64,000 bases of DNA, taken from Candidatus Altimarinota bacterium (GTDB taxonomy: Bacteria; Patescibacteriota; Gracilibacteria; CAIRYL01; GCA-016699755). The notes below the pieces were generated by a model, which saw only the letters and a list, made by a program, of their open reading frames with translations, made no database searches and was not told the origin of the DNA. The position numbers were made by a program, and so were the translations under genes. This document shows, one piece after another, positions 28,442 through 37,301 of this stretch. The first letter of the stretch is position 1. Each line of letters begins with the position of its first letter. Location: the NCBI GenBank assembly GCA_963664295.1, contig OY760935.1, positions 896,001 through 960,000 on the forward strand. Direction: 5' to 3'.

Positions 28442-29682
28442 TATTCGTATCTTAAAGCATCAATAGGGTTGAGGTGTGCTGCCTTACGTGCAGGATAAAT
28501 ACCAAAAACAACACCAATTAAAACAGAAACAGAAAAAGAAACAACAATCGCTAAGGGCGTAATAACAAAATCCCAATCATAATCAAGATAATTCGCAATC
28601 ACTGCGACAAGATAAGACAAAACAACACCACCAATAATTCCCATTGAACCACCTAAGCCTGTCATTACTAAAGCCTCAAGAATAAATTGATTTTTTATTT
28701 GTTTTGGCGTAGCACCAATAGCCTTTTTTAACCCTATTTCACGAGTGCGTTCTTTGACGCTCATTAGCATAATATTGGTAATACCAATACCACCAACCAC
28801 CAAAGAAACTGCAGCAATTGCAGCGAGAAAAAGCCTAATTCCATCAGTAACAGACTTAAAAATGTCCAAAGCTTTGCTTAATGTGCTTATTGTAAAATCA
28901 TCGTCATCATCGCCTGGTCGAATACCGTGTCGATATCGTAATGTATTTTTTATTCTCTGCACCACTAAATCAACATTTTCTTCTTTATCAACTTTTAATC
29001 TGATTATACCAACATGATGCACACCAAGAAGTATTTTTTGTGATGTTGCTAGTGGCACAAAAATTTGATTATCTGGATTGTTAATCATCGTTGAGCCTTT
29101 GCGCTCCAAAACTCCAATTATTGTAAAACTTTGATCTTTTATGCGAATTTTTTTACCAATTGGATCAGAAAGAGGAAAAAACTCTTCTTTCATTTCAATT
29201 CCCAAAACTGCCAATCTGGCTCCTGATCTTTCTTCTTGCTCTGTAAAAAATCGTCCTTCCGCAATTTGGTGATTGTGCACTGCTGTATAGCCTGATGTCA
29301 CTCCACTAAAATTAATTCCTACGGATTTATTGCCATAAACAGCATCACCAGCACCATTGGAAAATGCAACCATTGCTTCAATATTGGGCAATTTTTCCAA
29401 TGCTTTTGCATCTTCATAAGTTAAGGTTGTAATCACCATTCCAAAGGCAGAGGCTGGTGGACCACCATCTTCGTCACCACCGCCAGGAATTACAGCCACA
29501 AGATTTGTTCCTATTTTTTGAATTGAACCAGTAATCAAACTTTGCGCACCTGCTCCAATCGACATAATCGCAATCACAGATCCCACACCAATAATAATTC
29601 CTAACATTGTTAAAAAAGCACGCATTTTGTTTTCAAAAATGCCACCCAAAGCAAGCCGGATCACCAAAAGTGTGCCTTTCAT
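28441..29682 (-). CDS. MacB/FtsX-family ABC transporter permease
   Basis: RAFLTMLGIIIG, VGGIGITNIM, ERTREIGLKKAIGA, LNPIDALRYE. Confidence 0.95.
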   Translation of the reverse strand: MKGTLLVIRLALGGIFENKMRAFLTMLGIIIGVGSVIAIMSIGAGAQSLITGSIQKIGTNLVAVIPGGGDEDGGPPASAFGMVITTLTYEDAKALEKLPNIEAMVAFSNGAGDAVYGNKSVGINFSGVTSGYTAVHNHQIAEGRFFTEQEERSGARLAVLGIEMKEEFFPLSDPIGKKIRIKDQSFTIIGVLERKGSTMINNPDNQIFVPLATSQKILLGVHHVGIIRLKVDKEENVDLVVQRIKNTLRYRHGIRPGDDDDDFTISTLSKALDIFKSVTDGIRLFLAAIAAVSLVVGGIGITNIMLMSVKERTREIGLKKAIGATPKQIKNQFILEALVMTGLGGSMGIIGGVVLSYLVAVIANYLDYDWDFVITPLAIVVSFSVSVLIGVVFGIYPARKAAHLNPIDALRYE

Positions 29683-30392
29683 TTTTTGTGCTTATTTATT
29701 TTATCTTCAAGGACTAACCCGTCTTTAATTACAATAATTCTATCTGTGTATTCTGCAACTTCTGGGTCATGGGTCACCATAATTATTGTTTTTCCTTGCT
29801 TATTTAGTTCACAAAATATTTTCATCACCTCTTCTCCTGATTTTGTGTCCAAATTTCCTGTTGGCTCATCTGCAAAAATAACTTTTGGCTCATTCACAAG
29901 AGCTCTAGCTATTGATACTCTTTGTTGCTGACCACCTGATAATTCATTTGGCTTATGGTGAACACGTTCACCCAAACCGACTGCTTCTAAAGATTTCAAT
30001 GCTTTTTGATCTTGCTCAGCTGAGCTTGTATGAGCATAAATCATTGGCAATTTCACATTATCCAAAGCAGATAGTTTTGGAAGCAAATAAAATTGCTGAA
30101 AAACAAAACCTATTTTTTTGTTACGAATTTCCGCTAAAGCTTCTTCGTCAAAATCCTCTACTTTTATGCTATCAAAATAATATTCACCAGCTGTGGGGCT
30201 GTCTAAAAATCCCATCAAATTCATCAATGTTGATTTACCTGAACCAGAAGGACCCATAATAGCAACGAATTCTCCTTTTTGAATTTCTAAAGAAACTCCT
30301 TTTAAAACTTTTGTTTCAACTGTGCCAACATGATAGGTTTTTTCAATATTTTTAACCCTTATTAAGCTCATATTTTTATTGTTTTTTTTCAT
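29679..30392 (-). CDS. ABC transporter ATP-binding protein (LolD/MacB-type)
   Basis: GPSGSGKST, LSGGQQQR, FADEPTGNLD. Confidence 0.97.
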   Translation of the reverse strand: MKKNNKNMSLIRVKNIEKTYHVGTVETKVLKGVSLEIQKGEFVAIMGPSGSGKSTLMNLMGFLDSPTAGEYYFDSIKVEDFDEEALAEIRNKKIGFVFQQFYLLPKLSALDNVKLPMIYAHTSSAEQDQKALKSLEAVGLGERVHHKPNELSGGQQQRVSIARALVNEPKVIFADEPTGNLDTKSGEEVMKIFCELNKQGKTIIMVTHDPEVAEYTDRIIVIKDGLVLEDKINKHKK

Positions 30393-32283
30393 ACAAAATC
30401 ACCTCTTCTCCTTCTGTTAAACCGCTCATAACCTCTAAAGAGTCTTCACCCTCAAGCCCTACTGCGACTTTTTTTTCTTTTTTTTCACCATTTTCCAAAA
30501 CAAAAACTAAGCTATTTTCATCTTCATAATTTATTGCCTCTGGAGGCAAAGTAAGTACATTTTCTCTTTGATCCGCCAAAATATCCATGTCTGCCGTCAT
30601 GCCAGATTTCACATCAACTGGCTCTTCTTCAAATAAAACCGTAGTTTGGTAATAAATCACACCCTGCACTACTGTTTCTGCTGGATCAACTTCCAATACT
30701 TTTGCTTTAAAATGTTGATCCAAAGGAAAAGCATCAAGGGTCAAATCAACATTATCTTCTGGGCTAACACCAACAATATCAGTTTCTGAAATATTTGCTT
30801 TAATATGTAATTGGTCTGTCATCATTACAATAATATTTTGACTACTTAAAACATTTTCACCAACATCAGCATTAACATCAGTCACAATGCCATCAACTGG
30901 CGCACGAATAACCATATCTTCATAATTTTTTACAGCCTGATTATATGTAGCCTGCGCTTGCGCAACGCCTGCCTTCAAAGAAGCAACATCAACTTCCCTG
31001 GGCTTAGCAATCAAGCTTTCATGACTTGCTTTTGTTTGCTCTAATCTTACTTTATTTATTTCTATTTCCATTTCTACTGCATCCAAAAGAGTTTGATTTT
31101 CAACTTTTGTTGTTTCTAGGTTTTTTTGAGCTGTCTTGAGACTATTTTTTGCTCTATCTATAGTAGAAACTGCGGTGTCTACCTCTTTTGTTCCTCCTAT
31201 TTCTGCTGTGGCGATTTCTAATTTTGCATTTTCAATAGACTGCTGAGTCAATTCAACAGAATTAATATTACTTGTTAATGATGATTTTTCTGTAATTATT
31301 TTTGTTTTTAGTGTTTCTACTTCTGTGGCAGGCAATTGGCTATTTTCAACAGAATTATCAAGTAAATAATAAACTTGATCCATTAAATCCTTTGTTTCTG
31401 TTAATACAGTTTTTGCATTTTGTAATAAAAGCACTGCCTCTTCATTGCTCCAATTATTTTGCAAATTTTCATAATTATTCTTAAATTTTTTATAATTTGT
31501 TTTATTTAATATAAACATATTTTTGGCTGTATTTTTCGCTGGCCAATCTTTTACTCCAATTAAGCTTTTATAGTTATTATCAATTTTTGCATCAACTCCC
31601 AAAACTGAATCTGCTGATGTTATTGCGCTTTCTAGTGCATTTAAATTGTTTAACAAAGCTGTATGAGTATTTTTATAGCCATCATCAAGTTTTTTTTGGG
31701 CTTTTTCCAAGCTATTTTCACTAGATGAACTAGAGCTATCACCTTGTTTCAAGCTATTTTCAAGCTCTATTTCTGCATTTTCCACTACTAATTCTGCTTG
31801 TTGCAGTTTTTCTTGATTTGATTTTTTGGTGTTTTCTAATTTTTTATATGAATTTGCTAAATTAACTTCTGCTTCTTGAATTTTTGCTTCTGAAATGCGT
31901 ACTTCTTCATCACTTGGTCCAGCATATTTTAAATTTAAATTAGCCTGCGCTTGCGCAAGAGCTGCTTTTGCCTGCGAAATACTAATTAAAGATAAATCGC
32001 CATCAAGACTAGCAAGCACATCATCTTTTTTTACAATTTGACCAACCTCTACAGGAATTTCAGCAACTTTTCCTGAATGTTGAAACTGTAATTCTATTTT
32101 TTTCTCTGATTCTACTGTGCCATTCACAGAAATAATCTTTTCTACTTTTCCATATTCCACAAAAGCTGTAATGTATTCTGTTTTTTCCTCTTTATCATTA
32201 AAAAAATACCAAAGACCACCAACTAAGGCGATAATGAGTATAATTTTCCAACTAAAAATTATCTTTCTAAGTTTAATTTTCAT
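30376..32283 (-). CDS. MacA/HlyD-type membrane fusion protein with very long coiled coil
   Basis: N-terminal TM, split lipoyl-like motifs (SGKVAEIPVEVGQ...IRAPVDGIV), upstream of ABC genes. Confidence 0.9.
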   Translation of the reverse strand: MKIKLRKIIFSWKIILIIALVGGLWYFFNDKEEKTEYITAFVEYGKVEKIISVNGTVESEKKIELQFQHSGKVAEIPVEVGQIVKKDDVLASLDGDLSLISISQAKAALAQAQANLNLKYAGPSDEEVRISEAKIQEAEVNLANSYKKLENTKKSNQEKLQQAELVVENAEIELENSLKQGDSSSSSSENSLEKAQKKLDDGYKNTHTALLNNLNALESAITSADSVLGVDAKIDNNYKSLIGVKDWPAKNTAKNMFILNKTNYKKFKNNYENLQNNWSNEEAVLLLQNAKTVLTETKDLMDQVYYLLDNSVENSQLPATEVETLKTKIITEKSSLTSNINSVELTQQSIENAKLEIATAEIGGTKEVDTAVSTIDRAKNSLKTAQKNLETTKVENQTLLDAVEMEIEINKVRLEQTKASHESLIAKPREVDVASLKAGVAQAQATYNQAVKNYEDMVIRAPVDGIVTDVNADVGENVLSSQNIIVMMTDQLHIKANISETDIVGVSPEDNVDLTLDAFPLDQHFKAKVLEVDPAETVVQGVIYYQTTVLFEEEPVDVKSGMTADMDILADQRENVLTLPPEAINYEDENSLVFVLENGEKKEKKVAVGLEGEDSLEVMSGLTEGEEVILYEKKQ

Positions 32284-32334
32284 TTTTATTTTATTTATTC
32301 TTAATATAATACCATTTTATATACAAAAAAACAA

Positions 32335-32359
32335 CAAAAAAGCGCTAACAATAGCGCTT
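32335..32359 (-). terminator. Rho-independent terminator
   Basis: Minus strand AAGCGCTA-TTGT-TAGCGCTT followed by T-run. Confidence 0.7.
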
Positions 32360-32386
32360 CTTAATAGTTCTGTTTATCAACTAATT

Positions 32387-32797
32387 TTATTCTTCCATAA
32401 CTCCCGCCAAAGCTTCACCGGTTTCACCAACAACATCTTCCACAGGCTCATTGGGTGGTTGAATATATTTTTCGCACATTAGCCCCAGCAAACCTTGAAG
32501 GAATTTGCTCATATTGTGATGGTGACTATAAAATGGCATTTCACCTATAATAGCAATAAGCTCTTCATGTCCCAAAACAGGCAACAATTCCAAGGCTTTT
32601 TGTATAATTTTCTCTTCAGCATCATTCATAATCCTTTCAGCCTCAGCATTAGCTTCTTTAAACTCATCACCAGACTTACCTTGTGTAAGACGATTTGCCT
32701 CTAGCCTTCTTGCTAGCTGGTCTTCAATAAAATTTTCAAAAGATTCTGCGGTAATTTTTTCAGAGCTTTCTTTTGCCTTATTCATGTCTTTTTTCAA
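32387..32797 (-). CDS. Hypothetical protein
   Basis: 136-aa acidic helical ORF followed by a terminator. Confidence 0.6.
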   Translation of the reverse strand: MKKDMNKAKESSEKITAESFENFIEDQLARRLEANRLTQGKSGDEFKEANAEAERIMNDAEEKIIQKALELLPVLGHEELIAIIGEMPFYSHHHNMSKFLQGLLGLMCEKYIQPPNEPVEDVVGETGEALAGVMEE

Positions 32798-32829
32798 AAA
32801 ACTAATTTATTTATATTATAAATAAAATT

Positions 32830-33135
32830 TTATTTTTTGTCAAACTTTAAAATTTCTACAATTTCTTTATTGGGCATTTCTTTGAACTCAACTCCTTTTT
32901 GATTTAATGCTGATTGCATTTTTTCTCCTATTTTGCCAGCAATAAATAAATCAACTTGCTTTTCAGCAAACATATAAGCAACGGAAAAACCCGCACCTCC
33001 GCCATGCAAAAAAGGATTTTTAATAACCTCCAATAATTCACCATTTTCAAAAATAAGATAATATGGTGACCTGCCTGCATTTTCCGCAATCTCAGAATTG
33101 ATTGTTTTATTTTTTGTTGCTATTGCTATTTTCAT
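32830..33135 (-). CDS. NifB/NifX-family (dinitrogenase FeMo-cofactor-like) domain protein
   Basis: MKIAIA...GRSPYYLI..GGGAG..IAGKIG. Confidence 0.85.
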   Translation of the reverse strand: MKIAIATKNKTINSEIAENAGRSPYYLIFENGELLEVIKNPFLHGGGAGFSVAYMFAEKQVDLFIAGKIGEKMQSALNQKGVEFKEMPNKEIVEILKFDKK

Positions 33136-33637
33136 TATTTAATAATTTATTGATTAAAAAACCTTGTATTATTGAAGCAAAAATCATTACCAAACACAAA
33201 ATTAAAACATATTTACCACCAAAATAAAAAATTGCTACTGGCAAAATAGGCAATTTAATTGCTCTATTGTACAAAAAACAAGCAATTAAACCATTATTTA
33301 GCCCCTTTTTTCTTAAATCAGCCAAAAGCGGATACCACATATATATTGGACCTGTAGACAATATGCCTCCAGTTATTGCAAATAACCACTTTTTCAGTCC
33401 TTTTCCCTGAAAATGAGTAATTAAAAATTGCGGACTTATAAAATAATTAACAAAAATCATTAAGACAAAGACTAAAATAAAACTAGGAATTATTTTAATT
33501 AAAATTTCCAAAAAAAGACTTGAGCTAGTGAAAAATACCTCTTGTTTAAAAATAAAAAACAAAAAATAAGCCAATAAAACAGTAAATAAAAAATAAAAGC
33601 CAAATGATAATTTTTTTAATTTTTCTTTTATGTCCAT
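33107..33637 (-). CDS. Predicted permease (DUF318-like)
   Basis: GILSTGPIYMWYPLL, YNRAIKLP; probable ATG at 33637. Confidence 0.8.
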   Translation of the reverse strand: MDIKEKLKKLSFGFYFLFTVLLAYFLFFIFKQEVFFTSSSLFLEILIKIIPSFILVFVLMIFVNYFISPQFLITHFQGKGLKKWLFAITGGILSTGPIYMWYPLLADLRKKGLNNGLIACFLYNRAIKLPILPVAIFYFGGKYVLILCLVMIFASIIQGFLINKLLNNENSNSNKK

Positions 33638-34038
33638 TGCAAGATTAAAATAGTAATTATGGCTACTATAATAGAAAGAAAAAAAGCAGTAATATTTCTT
33701 AGAATGGCAAATTTTTTCTTTAAAATTAAAATTTCTGCTGGCAATTGAACAAAGCCAACGGTCACCCAAGAGACCAAAAAAGCAGTCACTACCAAGAGAC
33801 TAACACCTTGCTCCCTAAGTTCACCACCTATAACATAACTGGTAATCGGATTGCCCGCTGCAATACTGCCAACAAAACCACCCACAAAAGAATCTAAAAA
33901 AATATTACCACTAAATAATTCCGCATAAATTGATTTCGGAATTAAGCTATACAGCAGGCTTAAAAGTAAAATTGTTCCCAAAATAATAGGAAGTGTGCTC
34001 CACATGGCTTTTGCTGATTTTAAAATAGCTTGTTTCAT
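33628..34038 (-). CDS. Predicted permease (DUF318-like)
   Basis: GSIAAGNPITSY, SWVTVGFVQLPAE. Confidence 0.8.
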   Translation of the reverse strand: MKQAILKSAKAMWSTLPIILGTILLLSLLYSLIPKSIYAELFSGNIFLDSFVGGFVGSIAAGNPITSYVIGGELREQGVSLLVVTAFLVSWVTVGFVQLPAEILILKKKFAILRNITAFFLSIIVAIITILILQWT

Positions 34039-34050
34039 GCTTAATTCCTA

Positions 34051-35388
34051 TTACATTTTTGTCAATGCGGACTGAGCCGCACTTATCAAAGGATAAGTTG
34101 TAGGCGCAGAAGTTAAAAGAGGGTGAGAGGCAATTTGCAAAGTATCAAAATTATAGACAGTGGTCTCTTTTTGAATAGCCAAGGCTAAAATATTTACCAT
34201 TTCACCAACACTTTCAGGTCCTATAATTTGTCCGCCCAATAATTTGCCAGAATTACGCTCAAAAATAAGCTTTGTTTTAATTTTTTGAGTATTGGGCAAA
34301 TGACCAGGGTGATGATTAGGCGCTTCTGCTTCGCCAACAACTAGATCATACCCCTCAGCCTGACAAGTTTCTTTGCTTAAGCCAGCAATACCAATAGCTA
34401 AATTGCCAATAAAAGTCGAAAAGCTTGCTAATGTACCCTTGTTTTTAAGTAAATTTTCTCTCTTATATAAATTGGCTGCTGCTATCCTTGCTTCGTGACA
34501 AGCTGTAGAAGCCAACATAATAGGGATATTTTTTTGAGTCACCAGGCAAGTTGTTTCCGAGCAATCACCTACAGCAAAAACATCTTTTAGGCTAGTCTCC
34601 ATGTATTCATTAACTTTTATTCCATTATAATTACCTAATTCTACGCCAGCTTCTTTTGCTAAGTCTGTATTTGGTATTGCCCCAATTGACAAAATAACCA
34701 AATCAGCAGGAATTTTTTTATTTTTAATTTTTACAAACTCAATCTTGTCATTCCCACCAATTTCTTCCACCTCAGTATTCGTGTAAATTTCTACACCTTT
34801 GCTTTTGAGTTCCTCTGCAATAGGCAAAGCAAAATCTTCATCAAAAGTTCTGCTTAAACAATAATCAGATCTTTCCACAACACTAACCCTCAAGCCTTTA
34901 ATACTACTTAATTCTTCTGCAAATTCTACCCCAATAAAACCCCCGCCAATAATAACAATATTTTTTGATGCCAAAACCGCCTCTCGCAATTGCCTTAAAT
35001 AATCAAAATCTTTTTCAATATGCCATACACCATTTTTTTCAGCGCCTTTAATAGGTGCTATTGTTGACTTAGCGCCTGTTGCTAAAATTAATTTTTCATA
35101 AGCTATTTCTTCGCCATTGTCCAAAGAAACACTTTTTTTAGATGGATTAATTTTTATTGCTTTATTGATCAAAGAGTGAATATTATTTGCATCTAAAGAC
35201 CCATAAGGCATTACATTTTTTTCCACAGAGTCCAAGCGGTGAAAAACATAAGGAATACCACAAGGTATAACTCCTTTTTGTTTTTCTCTAATTAAAGTTA
35301 TTTTTTTGTTTAAATTATTTTTCCTAGCAGTGAGACCAGCAATAATTCCAGCTGGACCACCACCAATAATCAAAATGTCTGTTTTCAT
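34051..35388 (-). CDS. FAD-dependent pyridine nucleotide-disulfide oxidoreductase (NADH oxidase/CoA-disulfide reductase-like)
   Basis: IIGGGPAG, PCGIPY single redox Cys, LATGA, IGGGFIG, FAVGD, HPLL. Confidence 0.92.
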   Translation of the reverse strand: MKTDILIIGGGPAGIIAGLTARKNNLNKKITLIREKQKGVIPCGIPYVFHRLDSVEKNVMPYGSLDANNIHSLINKAIKINPSKKSVSLDNGEEIAYEKLILATGAKSTIAPIKGAEKNGVWHIEKDFDYLRQLREAVLASKNIVIIGGGFIGVEFAEELSSIKGLRVSVVERSDYCLSRTFDEDFALPIAEELKSKGVEIYTNTEVEEIGGNDKIEFVKIKNKKIPADLVILSIGAIPNTDLAKEAGVELGNYNGIKVNEYMETSLKDVFAVGDCSETTCLVTQKNIPIMLASTACHEARIAAANLYKRENLLKNKGTLASFSTFIGNLAIGIAGLSKETCQAEGYDLVVGEAEAPNHHPGHLPNTQKIKTKLIFERNSGKLLGGQIIGPESVGEMVNILALAIQKETTVYNFDTLQIASHPLLTSAPTTYPLISAAQSALTKM

Positions 35389-35479
35389 AATATTTTATTT
35401 TATTTTAGAACATTTCGAATAATATACCCTTTATGGGAATTAGACAAAAAAACAACTTATTTATTAAGTTCTAAATACA

Positions 35480-35512
35480 AAAAACTCATGTCTCGCTTTG
35501 CTCAACATGAGA
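35480..35512 (-). terminator. Terminator downstream of tRNA-Asn
   Basis: CTCATGT...ACATGAG stem followed by T-run on the minus strand. Confidence 0.65.
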
Positions 35513-35521
35513 ACATTTTAT

Positions 35522-35596
35522 TGGCTCCTCGAGCTGGATTCGAACCAGCGACCTACCGGTTAACAGCCGGTTGCTCTACCGCTGAGCTATCGAGGA
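35522..35596 (-). tRNA. tRNA-Asn(GTT), CCA encoded
   Basis: TCCTCGATAGCTCAGCGGTAGAGCAACCGGCTGTTAACCGGTAGGTCGCTGGTTCGAATCCAGCTCGAGGAGCCA folds into a cloverleaf, anticodon GTT. Confidence 0.98.
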
Positions 35597-36757
35597 TTAT
35601 TCAATTTTTTCAAGAACAAAAATCTCTCTTCCTACATACTGATCCTTCCTGCGAAAGAGTAAGCTCCCTCTCTCTGTTGCGCCTGAAAAATCCGTTCTAT
35701 TTTTCCAGAATTTATTAAGAATATCAAGAGCATTTTCTAAAAAATACAATCTTCCGTGCTTACCTTGCCAAAAAGGTAAAGCAATTACTGCTTTTTTGCC
35801 TGTAAAATTCTTATGAAAAACACTTAAAAAATTCTCCAAAATAAATTCTGTGTCTTGTTTTGCCTTTGCTAAATCGCTTTCTGTTAATGGTCCATGAAAA
35901 ATAGGACCCAAATATGTTTCGGCGCAAACCGCTTCTGCTTGCACTTTTTTGTCCAAAGCCTTGCTAGCATCTGCTGGAAAAATATTAAACTCTTCCTGTG
36001 GATAAAAATATTCCAAATTTTTTAATGAAGCCTCAATCATTTTGTCTTCAATATCACTACCTATTGGTTTTGTGCCCATTCTCTGCGCTTCTACTAATAT
36101 TGTGCCTGTGCCACAAAATGGATCCCAGATTTTTTTGGGTAATTTTCCTTTTTCTGCTGTTAAATTCAATAAGATCATGGCTAATTTTGGTGGCAACATG
36201 CCAACTTTCATGTCTCTTGCTGGTTTTTTAAAGTCTCTTTTGGCAAGCTCTTCTACATTTTGTGTTGCGACTGTCTCGCCTACAAAATATTGCTCTCCTT
36301 TGCGAATTATTATTATTTCTGAACCTTTTTTTGCTAACAACTCTTCTTTGTGTAATGTACCTGCATCTAGATTTTTGAAATTTCTATTTATAAAACGCGT
36401 GGATAATTTTTTTAATTTCAAACTTTTCTTAACTTCATTCAAAATTTTTCTATTTTCATTAAAAGAAAAACAGCTTATTCCAAAAATAATTCTTTGATTT
36501 GAGTATTTTTTTGTTAAAAATGTACTTATTTTTGTAATTAAATTGTCATAAGACTTTGTTGTAAACAAAAGCTCTGCTATGCGGATTGATCCACCTAATC
36601 TATCTATAAATTCTTGTGGTTTTTTCTCTTCTGCGTGTTCATATATAAAAAATGATTGTGAAATTACTTCTTTTTTTTGAAAATTTGCTAAAATGTTTTC
36701 TAGCTCTGCTTGAGAAAGAAATGGGTGATTTCCAAATTGATAAATATATTTTTTCAC
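35597..36757 (-). CDS. SAM-dependent RNA methyltransferase (Trm11/UPF0020-like)
   Basis: GMLPPKLA, WDPFCGTGT, GSDI; probable GTG start at 36757. Confidence 0.8.
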   Translation of the reverse strand: MKKYIYQFGNHPFLSQAELENILANFQKKEVISQSFFIYEHAEEKKPQEFIDRLGGSIRIAELLFTTKSYDNLITKISTFLTKKYSNQRIIFGISCFSFNENRKILNEVKKSLKLKKLSTRFINRNFKNLDAGTLHKEELLAKKGSEIIIIRKGEQYFVGETVATQNVEELAKRDFKKPARDMKVGMLPPKLAMILLNLTAEKGKLPKKIWDPFCGTGTILVEAQRMGTKPIGSDIEDKMIEASLKNLEYFYPQEEFNIFPADASKALDKKVQAEAVCAETYLGPIFHGPLTESDLAKAKQDTEFILENFLSVFHKNFTGKKAVIALPFWQGKHGRLYFLENALDILNKFWKNRTDFSGATERGSLLFRRKDQYVGREIFVLEKIE

Positions 36758-36760
36758 TTT

Positions 36761-37237
36761 TTGAAAAAGAAAATTAAAATCGACTGGCAAAAAATTTTTT
36801 TCTTTAGCTCACTTGTAATTAGTTTTGCTTTGGGCATTTTTGCAGGCATTACTATAGAACAATTTGACAAAATTGAAAATAGACAGCCTATAGAAATAGT
36901 GCCACAAAATCATGAAAAAATCCCGTTAATTAATTTTCTTAAAATAGAAAATGGGGTTATGTATGGCAAAACCGGTGAAAAAGAGGTGCGTTTTATTGTT
37001 GGTGAAGACAGTATTTTTGGCAGTAATGGTGGCGAATTTCAGTTTCCTGTTGATGAAATTTTGCCAATGTTAAAATCCCTGCCTGCTCCTGATGATATGC
37101 AATTTGTGGCCTCTAAAAGAGGCAAAAGATATTGGCCACTTGATGCTCCGCAGGCTTTTTTACTAGCTCCACAAAATAGAATATTTTTCAAAACTCCTGA
37201 AGAAGCTGAGGAGCAAGGATATAAAAAAGGTGAATAA
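36761..37237 (+). CDS. Membrane-anchored protein with Ada-metal-binding-like C-terminal domain
   Basis: N-terminal TM; FVASKRGKRYW...NRIFFKTPEEAEEQGY (no Cys ligands); probable TTG start at 36761. Confidence 0.65.
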   Translation: MKKKIKIDWQKIFFFSSLVISFALGIFAGITIEQFDKIENRQPIEIVPQNHEKIPLINFLKIENGVMYGKTGEKEVRFIVGEDSIFGSNGGEFQFPVDEILPMLKSLPAPDDMQFVASKRGKRYWPLDAPQAFLLAPQNRIFFKTPEEAEEQGYKKGE

Positions 37238-37243
37238 AAACTA

Positions 37244-37272
37244 TTGACAAAAAATAAGTTTTATTTTATTTT
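37244..37272 (+). promoter_or_regulatory. Possible sigma70 promoter
   Basis: TTGACA-N17-TATTTT upstream of ATG 37302. Confidence 0.5.
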
Positions 37273-37301
37273 ATGGTACTTTTTGTTTTATTAAATAAAA
37301 A

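Noticed and set aside
32300-35522. att-site duplication of the tRNA-Asn 3' end delimiting an island
   Set aside because: I could not find a second copy of the tRNA 3' sequence in the window
35488-35718. 76-aa plus-strand ORF
   Set aside because: It is the antisense reading of tRNA-Asn and the end of the methyltransferase gene
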